From the NCBI GenBank assembly GCA_025451045.1, contig JANWLD010000003.1:5690-69689 (forward strand): a stretch of DNA of 64,000 nucleotides, written 5' to 3'. The first letter of the stretch is position 1; every line of letters begins with the position of its first letter. Position numbers and translations under genes: made by a program. Shown one piece after another: positions 16,373 through 25,864 of the stretch. Source of the DNA: Candidatus Saccharimonadales bacterium (GTDB taxonomy: Bacteria > Patescibacteriota > Saccharimonadia > Saccharimonadales > 2-12-FULL-41-12). A model generated the notes under the pieces. That model was not told where the DNA came from. It saw only the letters and a program-made list of their open reading frames with translations, and ran no database searches.

Positions 16373-18163
16373 ATGGCAAATCCTAATCAAGGCCCCTGGA
16401 TGGGCGAAATGGGAGATGACGACGAAGACGACGACTTGCTGGGCGAGGGCGGGAAGGCTGAAGACGAATCCTGGTTCTTGCCACCGGCCGAAGAGGCACC
16501 GGACTTTTTCTCTTCTGAAGCCGCCGATGACTTATTCGGGAGCGAAGAAGATCCCGAGGATAAAGATAGTCCGGAAGGCGGTATTTTCAGTAACTTAGGT
16601 GAGACGGAAGATGATGAGGGCGAAGAAGGGGAAGACCAGCAAACCGAATCACCGGAAGAGACGCCCCAAGAAGAACCCTCAGCCCAGGAAGACGTCGTTG
16701 AAGAAGCTGACGATGAGACGCTGAACATTCCGCATGAGGAGGAGGACGAAGCGCCAGACACCGACGAGCCAGATTCGAGAGAATTAGCTCAGGCAGAGAG
16801 CGAAGAGCCAACTGAAGTGACCGAAACAGGAGAAAATTCCGAGGAGAGTGCCTCTGAAGAGCCATCTGTACAAAGTGAACAAGCTTCGCAGGACACACCG
16901 GAAGAGGAGCCGGCTATCATAGAAAATGAACCTGAACCCGAATCGGAGGTCGAGACTGAGCCTCAGGAGGCAGAAATTGCTGAAAGTACCGAAGAGAAAC
17001 CAGAAGAACCTGAATCCTCGGAGAATATTGAAACTGAACCTGAAGAGCCGGAATCTGAGGCCGAACAAAATGAGGATTTAACAGAGCAAAGTGAACAAAA
17101 CCCGGATGAGTCGGAACTCACAGAAACTGAGGAAGAAGTTCCTTTGGAAGACCAATTGCAGGAAATCGAGGAAATCGTCGAAGAAGCTCCCATCGAAGAA
17201 GAACCGTCCGAAATCGAGGAAATAGAGCAGGCAGAAGCAGAAGAAATGCCTGAAGAGGAAGAAGAGCCTGAAAACGCTCAGGAACAAGAAGATGATATAG
17301 ACGAGGACATGGAAAAAGAAAAAGCCGCCCGCGAAGAGGAACTTGAGCGAATCCGGCATAAACTCGACAGCGAATTCCAAAAGGACGAAACCCGCCGCAA
17401 TACTGCCGCGCAGCAGGCAGAACGGGGCAAGAGCATAGAAGACTATATGATTGATATTGATACCCTGAACATGGGGATGCTGGTGCATTATCTAAGTAAA
17501 CGCCGCGACAAGAAGCTGGGCAGAGAAATTGAAGATACCAAAAAATCATTGGAACAACTACGCGGTGAGGTTGAAGACGGAGAAACCCCGACTCAGCTGG
17601 CAGAACAGGGCCAGTCTGAGGATGAAGAAACTGACGTTGAAATGCAAGCCGAGGCTTTGAATGAAAACGAAACAACCGCTTCAGCGCTTGAAAAAGGCGT
17701 TGAAACAGAAGAAGAGACGGCTAATATTGAGGCAACGGCAATGGAGCAGTCTCGACAAAATCAAGAATTCAGCAATGCTGAGGCAGGAAACACTAATCCC
17801 CAGACAGAAGAAATCCATGTCGAAACTTTGACCCGCCAGAATGAAGTTGACCAGCATCTTTCGGAAGAAGAATCATTTGAACGGCGCCAGGAAACAACCA
17901 GCCAGCCGAAAGACCAAGCCCTTCAAGGGGTATCGCCAGAGCATGTTTCGGGTTCGGCCGTGCCTATATCCGATATAATCAATGTCAGAGAGCAGACGCC
18001 TAACAACGACAGCCAGGCTGGCGGTTTGTCCAATACGGCTGAAACGAAAGAAAATGCCAATCAGGAAATACCGGCGGAAAAATATAGAAAGTCTGTCCGC
18101 GTCGGTGTAGCGGCCGGCTTGACCATAACGGGAGCACTACTTTTATATCTGTTATTCTTCTAA
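16373..18163 (+). CDS. Polyacidic (Glu/Asp-rich) tail-anchored membrane protein, unknown function
   Basis: 596 aa, mostly E/D/P/S/T low complexity. Short helical core (KEKAAREEELERIRHKL...LVHYLSKRRDKKLGREIE). Single C-terminal TM VGVAAGLTITGALLLYLLFF at the very end. Confidence 0.7.
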   Translation: MANPNQGPWMGEMGDDDEDDDLLGEGGKAEDESWFLPPAEEAPDFFSSEAADDLFGSEEDPEDKDSPEGGIFSNLGETEDDEGEEGEDQQTESPEETPQEEPSAQEDVVEEADDETLNIPHEEEDEAPDTDEPDSRELAQAESEEPTEVTETGENSEESASEEPSVQSEQASQDTPEEEPAIIENEPEPESEVETEPQEAEIAESTEEKPEEPESSENIETEPEEPESEAEQNEDLTEQSEQNPDESELTETEEEVPLEDQLQEIEEIVEEAPIEEEPSEIEEIEQAEAEEMPEEEEEPENAQEQEDDIDEDMEKEKAAREEELERIRHKLDSEFQKDETRRNTAAQQAERGKSIEDYMIDIDTLNMGMLVHYLSKRRDKKLGREIEDTKKSLEQLRGEVEDGETPTQLAEQGQSEDEETDVEMQAEALNENETTASALEKGVETEEETANIEATAMEQSRQNQEFSNAEAGNTNPQTEEIHVETLTRQNEVDQHLSEEESFERRQETTSQPKDQALQGVSPEHVSGSAVPISDIINVREQTPNNDSQAGGLSNTAETKENANQEIPAEKYRKSVRVGVAAGLTITGALLLYLLFF

Positions 18164-18202
18164 AGAGGATAATTTGTTAAAATAAAGTAAACAAGGAATA
18201 AA

Positions 18203-18565
18203 ATGTTTAAACTCGACAATAATTTTCTAAAAGAACTTGGCCTCGACACTCTGCCTAATCAGGAAAAGAACCGGATGCTATCGCATATCTATGAAACACT
18301 CGAAATGCGTGTCGGCGTAAGATTGGCCAGCGGGATGAGCGATGCCCAGCTGGATGAATTTGAAGGCTATATCAACAAAAATGACGAAGCCGGCGCGCTG
18401 AAATGGCTGGAGACCAATTTCCCAAATTACAAGGATGTCGTGGCCGAAGAGTTGAACAAACTTAAATCAGAAATTAAAGCTTCAGCGCCGCAGATTTTAG
18501 CCGAAGCTTCCAATAACCCGATACAGCCGCCATCTCCTGGCGGCCCAACTCAACCTGCAGCTTAG
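18203..18565 (+). CDS. Hypothetical protein (120 aa)
   Basis: Intact ORF with helical composition. No motif I can name with confidence. Confidence 0.55.
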   Translation: MFKLDNNFLKELGLDTLPNQEKNRMLSHIYETLEMRVGVRLASGMSDAQLDEFEGYINKNDEAGALKWLETNFPNYKDVVAEELNKLKSEIKASAPQILAEASNNPIQPPSPGGPTQPAA

Positions 18566-19443
18566 TTTGTAAGCCGGGATTTGTAGCCGGTCAGAAATTC
18601 AGCAACCGACATATCTTTTTTGCCAGCCGGCTTTAATCTTTTTATCGACAAAGCTTTTTCACCGGTGAAAACAATCAGCGACTTATCAGCTACTCGATAA
18701 TCACCGGCCGCGCCTTTGCCATCAGCAACATCAGCCGCGGTTATGATGCAGGGTATACCATTCAAATCAGCAGTGCTTTTCGGCCAGCCGGTGTAGGCCC
18801 GGATTTCCCGTTCAATCTGATCAGCTGGTTTTTTCCAGTCAATCAACCCATCTGATTTTTTTATAATACGGGTATAGCTGGCCCCCTTATCGGATTGAGG
18901 GGTTAACTTTATCTGTTTTGAAGAGAATATATCAACTAGGCATTTTATTAATAATTCATTGCCTAACTCCAGCAAAGAATCGGCCAGCTGCTGTTTTGTT
19001 TCATCACCGATAAGAGTGACGCTTTGCTGTGCCAACACCGGACCTTTGTCCATTTCCTCGCTGATTTGCATTATTGAAACACCGGTCTGCTTGCTACCGC
19101 TTAGTATGGTGTCTTCTATCGGCGCCGGCCCGCGGCCCTTAGGCAGTATTGAAGGGTGAATATTGATAATTCCATGTGGAAAAATATCAATGATACTTTT
19201 TGGAATAATTAAACCGTAAGCTACCAAAATGCCAATATCCGGCTTAAGCTGTTTTAACTCCTCGCTTATTTCTTTTAAGTCAACTGATGTAGACAAGGGA
19301 ATGTTGTTTTGGTTAAAGTCGGTTTGGTGTTTGGTATATATCTTCGCTACTCGATAGCCATTATTTAGTAACGTTTCAATAGTTTTGCCGCCGCTGCTTA
19401 CACCGGTAGCCAGCTTTTCATTACCGAAAAAAATTACTGCCAT
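18562..19443 (-). CDS. fmt: Methionyl-tRNA formyltransferase
   Basis: NIHPSILPKGRGPAPI formyltransferase motif. Downstream of def in the classic def-fmt order. Confidence 0.9.
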   Translation of the reverse strand: MAVIFFGNEKLATGVSSGGKTIETLLNNGYRVAKIYTKHQTDFNQNNIPLSTSVDLKEISEELKQLKPDIGILVAYGLIIPKSIIDIFPHGIINIHPSILPKGRGPAPIEDTILSGSKQTGVSIMQISEEMDKGPVLAQQSVTLIGDETKQQLADSLLELGNELLIKCLVDIFSSKQIKLTPQSDKGASYTRIIKKSDGLIDWKKPADQIEREIRAYTGWPKSTADLNGIPCIITAADVADGKGAAGDYRVADKSLIVFTGEKALSIKRLKPAGKKDMSVAEFLTGYKSRLTN

Positions 19444-20009
19444 AACTGCTTATTATTCTTGATTTGCTTTTCCCAATTCAGGGGTTCGAGCGATCCGTCG
19501 TCTTTTAATTTGAAAAAAGCGTCCGCCTTATCCTTGATGTGGTCAATAAAGACAATGCCCTTGGTATGGTCTATCTCATGTTGAAGCACACGAGCTAAAA
19601 ACCCCTCGGCCGTCAAACGGACTTCTTTGCCGTTTGAGTCCAGAGCTTTTACTTTGACTTTTTCATAGCGTGGAACTCGACCATAGATGTTTTTGATGCT
19701 CAAACAGCCTTCAAAATCATCAACTAGCTCGCCATAAGCTTTGGTAACCTGCGGGTTGACGTACACCTGGAAGGTCCTGTCGTTTTTATCTTCAAAGTTA
19801 TTGCGAATGATTACGACTCGCAGGTGTTTATTAATCTGTACAGCCGCCAACGCGACTCCCATTTCATGTGCCCGGCTGTCTTCCCATGACAAAGTCGCCT
19901 CTTGCATATCCTGAACAAGTTTTTTAATTTCACTGGTGATAAGGCCGACACGGCGCGAAGACCGGCGCAAAGCTTTGTCAGGCAAAGTTATAATGTCAGA
20001 TTTGTTCAT
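19434..20009 (-). CDS. def: Peptide deformylase
   Basis: Motifs GVALAAVQ, EGCLS and HEIDH. Start trimmed to Met74 of the tracked ORF (MNKSDIITLPD...), because the longer ORF overlaps priA. Confidence 0.9.
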   Translation of the reverse strand: MNKSDIITLPDKALRRSSRRVGLITSEIKKLVQDMQEATLSWEDSRAHEMGVALAAVQINKHLRVVIIRNNFEDKNDRTFQVYVNPQVTKAYGELVDDFEGCLSIKNIYGRVPRYEKVKVKALDSNGKEVRLTAEGFLARVLQHEIDHTKGIVFIDHIKDKADAFFKLKDDGSLEPLNWEKQIKNNKQLWQ

Positions 20010-20037
20010 TGGAATCAGTATAAAGCAACCAAGTACT

Positions 20038-21987
20038 TTATAGGAAGTTATTGGGATCAATATCGGACTTGAAAGTACTGGGAATAGAGCGGGCGATATC
20101 CACCAATCGGGAACGGTTTTTTGCTTTGACAAGTATCTGCCAATGCCATTTTGATGTCTTTTTTTCAACGAAACTAGGCGAAGGCCCGAGGATTTGAAAG
20201 TTTTTAGAATCAAGAGCCAGTTTTTCAATCAAGTTTTCCAGCGAACGTTCAGCGGCTGTCCGCGAACTGCGGGAACTTTCTATTTTAAGCGCCGAATAAA
20301 ATGGAGGGAAACCATATTTTTGACGCTGGACTACCTCTGAGCGGTAAAAATCTTCCCAGCTGTCATTAACGGCCGAACGTATAAATTCACTCTCAGGGTT
20401 AAAAGTCTGAACTACAAAAATTCCTTTTCGGTGGCCGCGGTTGATGCGGCCTGATAGTTGTTTTATCAGCTGGTACGTCCTTTCAGCTGAGCTAAAATCA
20501 GGAAAATCAAGACTACTGTCCGCGAGCAGCATGCTGACTAGCGATAACCTTGGCAAATCGTGTCCCTTAGTGACCACCTGTGTTCCGACGATTATGTCAA
20601 CATTATTAACGGCTTCTTCGTAGCGGTTCTCCAGCTTTTCAGATTTCTTGTTGTCACGGTCAAACCTAGCAATCCGAGCTTTAGGGAAAAGGCTGGAAAG
20701 ACTAGCGGCAATCGCTTTGGTACCGGGACTGCTGAAAAATATCTTGATAGAACCGCAAATCGGACATTTAGCCGGCGCTTTCTTACTGTAACCGCAGGTA
20801 TGGCAGCGTATCAGATGCTGGTCTCCGTGATAGACCATCGGCAGGTCGCAATTTTTGCATACTTCCCGGTGGCCGCAATCCTGACAGGAAATTGAGCGGG
20901 CCGAGCCGCGCTTGTTGATAAAAAGCATAACCTGCTCTCCTTTGCTCAAAGTTTCAGAGATCTGCTTTATCAAAGTTCGGCTAATAAGTGGATGGCCGCT
21001 ATTTTCATCCGGATTAAGCAGGTTTACAATAATTGCGGAATTTTCGGGTGCTTCGGAAGTTATGGCCGAACGGCTCAGACGAATAATTGGTACGTTTTTT
21101 TGTTCAGCCAGGTAATAGTCGATTACCGGAGGCGTGGCCGAACCGAATATAAGTTTTGCGCCTGAAAACTTAGCCAGCATACTGGCCGTTCGATTAGCAT
21201 GATAAAACGGCCGGGACTCTTGCTTATAAGCCGGTTCATGGAACTCATCCACCACTATTAAACCGAGGTCGCCGAGTGGTAAAAATAGGCTAGAACGCGG
21301 CCCGACGATAATAAACGGCTTTTTAGAGAAGAACAGTTTATAAAATAGGTTGGATTTTTGCTTGGGGGTTAAAGCGGAATGGTTGATTAAGACCCTATCA
21401 CCAAAGACTTGCTTAAAACTCTCGGCGATAGGGGCTGTCAGGGAAATCTCCGGCGTAAGTACCAATACGGACTGGTTCTTTGCCAGATTATCCTTTGCCA
21501 ATTCAATATAAAGTCGGGTTTTGCCACTGCCGGTTATCCCATGAACGATGAAACTGCCTTGGCCGGCAGCAAAACTTTTGTTTATCAAAGCGTATGCATG
21601 AGCTTGTTCTGTTGTAAGCTGAGGCAGACTTTTAAAGTCGCCTCGCACAGTTAATTTAGAAGCTTCAATGGCTACCAGAGGCTTTGTCAGCGGAGAAGGG
21701 GCGAACAGCTGGGCTATTGAGCCAAGCGGCGCAGGGTAAAAAACGGACATCTGTTGCAGAAGCTGGATCTGATGTTCCGGAATCACCAGCCCACTTAAAA
21801 CTTCTTCGATTTCAGCCGCCACAAAAGCCGGTTTACTAACTTGTCTGACAACAATTCCTTGGCACGATAGACCCCTTAGTTTTATGCGTACTATCTGCCC
21901 AATCTTAAGCTTAGCCGGATGAGCATAAGTCAAAGCTTCCTTGCCATGGAAACTGCCTGTAGCCGGTATAACTTCGAAATAATTCAT
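20038..21987 (-). CDS. priA: Primosomal protein N' (replication restart helicase PriA)
   Basis: Walker A GITGSGKT, VVDEFHE box, Cys-rich zinc insert CQDCGH..CKNCD..CHTCG..CPICG. Confidence 0.9.
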   Translation of the reverse strand: MNYFEVIPATGSFHGKEALTYAHPAKLKIGQIVRIKLRGLSCQGIVVRQVSKPAFVAAEIEEVLSGLVIPEHQIQLLQQMSVFYPAPLGSIAQLFAPSPLTKPLVAIEASKLTVRGDFKSLPQLTTEQAHAYALINKSFAAGQGSFIVHGITGSGKTRLYIELAKDNLAKNQSVLVLTPEISLTAPIAESFKQVFGDRVLINHSALTPKQKSNLFYKLFFSKKPFIIVGPRSSLFLPLGDLGLIVVDEFHEPAYKQESRPFYHANRTASMLAKFSGAKLIFGSATPPVIDYYLAEQKNVPIIRLSRSAITSEAPENSAIIVNLLNPDENSGHPLISRTLIKQISETLSKGEQVMLFINKRGSARSISCQDCGHREVCKNCDLPMVYHGDQHLIRCHTCGYSKKAPAKCPICGSIKIFFSSPGTKAIAASLSSLFPKARIARFDRDNKKSEKLENRYEEAVNNVDIIVGTQVVTKGHDLPRLSLVSMLLADSSLDFPDFSSAERTYQLIKQLSGRINRGHRKGIFVVQTFNPESEFIRSAVNDSWEDFYRSEVVQRQKYGFPPFYSALKIESSRSSRTAAERSLENLIEKLALDSKNFQILGPSPSFVEKKTSKWHWQILVKAKNRSRLVDIARSIPSTFKSDIDPNNFL

Positions 21988-22105
21988 AAGTCCTCTCGAT
22001 TTATATTACAGGATATTAAAATTTGATGATTTGGAGTTAGGCGTGTAATATTAATACATCGTACGTTGTCGCAATGACATCGCAAACGGAGAATAAGAAA
22101 GTAAA

Positions 22106-22393
22106 ATGTTAGACGTATTTGTTACATCACGCGTAAGGCGAAAAATAATAGTAGTGTATGCAAAGTATCCTGACTTCAAGACTCATGTCCGGGGCCTGGC
22201 TAAGCTTATCAAAGAAGATGCCGGTAATATACAGCGTGAGCTTAAGCGCCTGGAAAAAGTCGGTTTTCTGACTTCTGAAAAACAGGCCAATACCAAAGTT
22301 TACGCGACCAACAAACATTTTGCTATTTTTAAGGAACTTCAAAGTATAGTACTCAAATCCCAAAGAGCAGCCGCTCAAAAAAAGCAGCAGTAA
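22106..22393 (+). CDS. Small winged-helix transcriptional regulator
   Basis: 95 aa. GLAKLIKEDAGNIQRELKRLEKVGFL resembles ArsR/MarR-type wHTH. Confidence 0.55.
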   Translation: MLDVFVTSRVRRKIIVVYAKYPDFKTHVRGLAKLIKEDAGNIQRELKRLEKVGFLTSEKQANTKVYATNKHFAIFKELQSIVLKSQRAAAQKKQQ

Positions 22394-22442
22394 GTACAAC
22401 TGATACTTATCCTTGAGTTTTAACCGTGACTAGTGTAGTATT

Positions 22443-22658
22443 ATGCCGATGATACAGGTAACCCGCAAAGACTCAAAGGAGTCGACAGAAAATGTATTGC
22501 GCCGATTTAACCGCAAGGTCCAACAGTCAGGCTTAATAGCTGTAGTAAGACAAGGCCAGCACTTCGAGAAGCCGATGAGCAAACGGGAGAGACGCCGCCG
22601 GGCAATAATCCGCACAGAACGAAAATCACAAAAAATTAAGCGGATGAAACTGTCTTAA
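22443..22658 (+). CDS. rpsU: 30S ribosomal protein S21
   Basis: 71 aa. ...ENVLRRFNRKVQQSGL...RQGQHFEKPMSKRERRRRA, a typical S21. Confidence 0.9.
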   Translation: MPMIQVTRKDSKESTENVLRRFNRKVQQSGLIAVVRQGQHFEKPMSKRERRRRAIIRTERKSQKIKRMKLS

Positions 22659-22692
22659 ACGACAGAATAGACCGTAATATATTCACACGACA

Positions 22693-23148
22693 ATGGGCAA
22701 ATTAAGTGAAAAGTTAGATGCGGACTTGAAACAGGCCATGCTCTCTGGCGATAAGGTATTGGTTTCGACGCTGCGCGGTATAAAAAGCTCATTACAGTAC
22801 GCTCAGGTTGAAAAAGGCGTCGGAGAAAATCTTTCCGATGATGAAGCGCTTAAAGTTCTGCAGAAGGAATCCAAGAAGCGGGCCGATGCCGCAGAGCTCT
22901 ATCTTAAGGGAGGCGACTCCGAACGCGCAGACAACGAAAAAAACGAAAAGAAAGTTATTGACGCCTATCTGCCGGCGATGATGACCGAGGAAGAAACTGC
23001 CAAATTGGTTGATGAGGCTATCGCTGGCGGTATAGAACCCCAGCCGCAGAATATGGGCCGGATAATCTCTGAAGTCATAAAAAAAGCTGGCGGGCTAGCC
23101 GACGGCGGTACTGTGGCCCGGCTGGTAAAAGAAAGACTCAACCCGTGA
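22693..23148 (+). CDS. GatB/YqeY domain protein
   Basis: 151 aa. L..DLKQAMLSGDK..VSTLRGIKS, the YqeY pattern. Confidence 0.8.
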   Translation: MGKLSEKLDADLKQAMLSGDKVLVSTLRGIKSSLQYAQVEKGVGENLSDDEALKVLQKESKKRADAAELYLKGGDSERADNEKNEKKVIDAYLPAMMTEEETAKLVDEAIAGGIEPQPQNMGRIISEVIKKAGGLADGGTVARLVKERLNP

Positions 23149-23678
23149 TACTGATAATGGGGCTAGCCGGTTCCGGCAAAGGTACTCAGGGCAAGCTGCT
23201 AGCGGACAAACTAGATTACGAATACCTGTCTACAGGCGAGTTTCTGCGTACTTATACGACCGAGGAAATGCGCCGACAAATGGATGCCGGACATCTGATA
23301 AACGACGAGGAAATGATAGAAATAATCCAGAACTTTCTTAATAAATCATCCTCTAAAGACCACTGTATATTAGACGGTTTCCCCCGCAGCAAAACACAGG
23401 CAGACTGGCTGATAGCCCAGCATGCATCCGGGGTTATCAATATAGAAGCCCTAATTTACCTAAATGTGCCTAAGGAAGAACTGGTCAAAAGACTGCTCTC
23501 CCGCGGCCGACCGGACGACAATGAGCTGGCTATCAGAAAGCGCTTCGAAGAATATTCTAATTCCACTTCCCCTATAATCGATGATTACAAGGCCAGGGGG
23601 ATAAAGGTGATTGAAGTCGACGGACAAGGCTTGGTAGAAGACATTCAAGCCAAAATATTAAACTCAGTAGGCAGATAA
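23145..23678 (+). CDS. adk: Adenylate kinase (short form)
   Basis: P-loop GLAGSGKGTQ. LSTGEFLR. DGFPRSKTQADWL. GTG start overlapping the upstream stop. Confidence 0.85.
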   Translation: MILIMGLAGSGKGTQGKLLADKLDYEYLSTGEFLRTYTTEEMRRQMDAGHLINDEEMIEIIQNFLNKSSSKDHCILDGFPRSKTQADWLIAQHASGVINIEALIYLNVPKEELVKRLLSRGRPDDNELAIRKRFEEYSNSTSPIIDDYKARGIKVIEVDGQGLVEDIQAKILNSVGR

Positions 23679-23698
23679 CGGCCTAAAAAAGAATTATT

Positions 23699-24451
23699 TT
23701 GTATACCAAAGTAAAGACCGACGCTGAAATAAAGTCTATGAAGAGAGCCGGTCGGATATGCTCGGAAATCCTTAGCTTACTTAAAAACACGGTTAAGGCG
23801 GACATGAGCACTAAAGCTTTAGCCGATTTAGCCGCTAAGGAGATAAAAGCCCGCGGCGCCAAACCGGCATTCTTAGGCTATAAAGATTTCCCCGATGTAA
23901 TCTGTATATCAGTAAATGAGGAGGTAGTTCATGGTATACCAGGCAAGAGGCTTGTTCAGGCCGGGGATATAGTAAGCTTTGACCTAGGCATAGCTTACGA
24001 AGGAATGATAGTCGACAGCGCCCTGTCTGTAATAGTTGACTTAAAGGATAAAAACAAACTCAGATTACTCAATGCCACGGAGCAATCGCTGTACAAAGGC
24101 ATAGACAGACTCCGCGACGGTTGCCGGGTTGGCGACATCGGCAATGCCGTAGAAAAAGTCCTTAGAAAGAGCAATTTGGGCATTATCCGGGATTTGGTCG
24201 GCCACGGCGTTGGCCATAAAGTACACGAAGATCCGAATATACCTAACTATGGCGTTTCCGGTACCGGGCCAAGCCTGCGCGCCGGCATGACGGTAGCCAT
24301 AGAACCAATGGCCACTCTTGGCAGTGAACAAGTTTATATTGACAGCGACGGCTGGACAGTCAAGACAGCCGACGGTTCAGCATCAGCCCACTTTGAACAG
24401 ACCGTTCTTATAACTGATAACGGCTATGAAATCCTAACCCCTTTTAATTGA
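23699..24451 (+). CDS. map: Methionine aminopeptidase, type I
   Basis: MetAP pita-bread motifs (VSFDLG, GHGVGHKVHE, AIEPM, HFEQTV). TTG start inferred from the conserved N-terminus. Confidence 0.85.
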   Translation: MYTKVKTDAEIKSMKRAGRICSEILSLLKNTVKADMSTKALADLAAKEIKARGAKPAFLGYKDFPDVICISVNEEVVHGIPGKRLVQAGDIVSFDLGIAYEGMIVDSALSVIVDLKDKNKLRLLNATEQSLYKGIDRLRDGCRVGDIGNAVEKVLRKSNLGIIRDLVGHGVGHKVHEDPNIPNYGVSGTGPSLRAGMTVAIEPMATLGSEQVYIDSDGWTVKTADGSASAHFEQTVLITDNGYEILTPFN

Positions 24452-24473
24452 GCGGTTATTCTCTAAACTAAGC

Positions 24474-24503
24474 TTGCCCGCCGAACATTCTAAAGGTTAT
24501 ACT
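24474..24503 (+). promoter_or_regulatory. Promoter placing the TSS at the ftsA start codon
   Basis: TTGCCC-18 nt-TATACT. The last -10 base is 8 nt before the ATG at 24511. Confidence 0.45.
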
Positions 24504-24510
24504 GACAGTC

Positions 24511-25752
24511 ATGCGAGAATCCGCTTCTCAGTATTTTGTCGGTCTTGATATTGGCACCAGCGCTGTACGCTGTGTTATCGGCAGCTATGATGCCGCTAGC
24601 GATGAACCGGCCGTATCCGTAGTTGGTTATGGCTCCAGTCCGAATTCCGGCTTCAGGAAAGGAGCCATCGCCCACCTTGATGACGTAGTCAGTGCCATTC
24701 ATGAAGCCGTCGTTGAAGCTGAGCGCATATCCGGCATCCATGTCGAGAATGCCACAGTTAATATTAACGGCGCACATGTTAGCAGCATTGATTCAAGAGG
24801 CGTAATAGCCATCAGTACTGCCAGTAAACAAATAAGCAACGATGATAAATTACGGGTTCAGGAAGCCGCAACCATCGTACAATTGCCTTCGAACCGGGAA
24901 ATCATTCAGGTTTTTCCTAAAAACTATCAAGTAGATGGCCATGACAGTATTAAAAATCCGGTTGGTATGCAAGGAGTACGTCTGGAGGTTGAAACCCACA
25001 TTATTACCGCCGCTACCCCAAATTTGAGAAGTTTGGATTTAGCTCTGCAAAAATCTAACATCTATCCGAACAATCATACTGCCTCCGGCTTGGCCGCGGC
25101 CGAAATAGTCCTCAGCCGCAAACAGCGGGAAGCGGGCAGCGCGGTGGTTGACATCGGAGCTTCAACTACCAATGTAGCTGTTATAGAAGACGGTGAAATC
25201 CAGCATGTCGCCGTCATCCCACTGGGCGGCATCAATATTACCAACGATCTAGCTATCGGACTCAAAGTGGATCTGGAAATAGCCGAAAAAGTCAAAATCC
25301 AGCACGCGGCATTGGCCGATACCGGCAAGGGTGGCCGTTTAAGCGTCGAACATGATAAACGAAATTTTGTATTCGAAGCTGAAGATATACAGATGATAAT
25401 CGAAGCGCGCGTTGAGGAAATACTTGATTTTGTGGATAAAGAGCTTAAAAAGATACACCGCTCACAAAAACTCCCTGGCGGAATTACGCTGGTTGGCGGC
25501 ACCTCCAAAATTTCCGGCATCGCCGAATTTGCCAAAGAGTACTTGGGGCTGTCCGCAAAAATTGGCGAAATGGGCAATATTGCCGGGATAGCTGATGATA
25601 TAAAAGACTCACGATTTATCGTCGCGGTGGGGCTTATGCATCTGGATATGATATTTGCCGGACAGTCGTTCAACACTAGTCTGGGCGGTTCGCGGGCAGC
25701 CGAAGGAGTAGGTTCATTACTCAAAGACTTTTGGTTCAAAATCAAGCCGTAG
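24511..25752 (+). CDS. ftsA: Cell division protein FtsA
   Basis: Actin-fold motifs (GLDIGTS, VVDIGASTT). Immediately upstream of ftsZ. Confidence 0.9.
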   Translation: MRESASQYFVGLDIGTSAVRCVIGSYDAASDEPAVSVVGYGSSPNSGFRKGAIAHLDDVVSAIHEAVVEAERISGIHVENATVNINGAHVSSIDSRGVIAISTASKQISNDDKLRVQEAATIVQLPSNREIIQVFPKNYQVDGHDSIKNPVGMQGVRLEVETHIITAATPNLRSLDLALQKSNIYPNNHTASGLAAAEIVLSRKQREAGSAVVDIGASTTNVAVIEDGEIQHVAVIPLGGINITNDLAIGLKVDLEIAEKVKIQHAALADTGKGGRLSVEHDKRNFVFEAEDIQMIIEARVEEILDFVDKELKKIHRSQKLPGGITLVGGTSKISGIAEFAKEYLGLSAKIGEMGNIAGIADDIKDSRFIVAVGLMHLDMIFAGQSFNTSLGGSRAAEGVGSLLKDFWFKIKP

Positions 25753-25770
25753 TCATTTAGTTGTTCTTTT

Positions 25771-25779
25771 TGCTAAAAT
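25771..25779 (+). promoter_or_regulatory. Extended -10 element upstream of ftsZ
   Basis: TGCTAAAAT, the identical 9-mer to that at 41771-41779. Followed by a leader with SD AAGGAGAG. Confidence 0.35.
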
Positions 25780-25864
25780 GTATTTACTATTCGTTTGAAC
25801 CGCAAGCGACCCTAGGTTATACTTTGTTAAGTATTAGGGATGAGAAAAAGGAGAGTTAGTTAAT

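Noticed and set aside
16387-17675. Antisense and alternate-frame ORFs (up to 185 aa) across the polyacidic gene
   Set aside because: GAA/GAG-rich DNA is open in several frames, and the translations are Ser/Phe/Leu low complexity.
20010-20228. 73-aa N-terminal extension of the def ORF (tracked as 19434-20228)
   Set aside because: The extension overlaps the 3' end of priA and has no similarity to deformylase N-termini. The conserved PDF start (MNKSDIITLPD) is at 20009, with a TATACT box just upstream.
25074-25745. 223-aa minus-strand ORF
   Set aside because: It is antisense to ftsA and has low-complexity S/P/A-rich composition.
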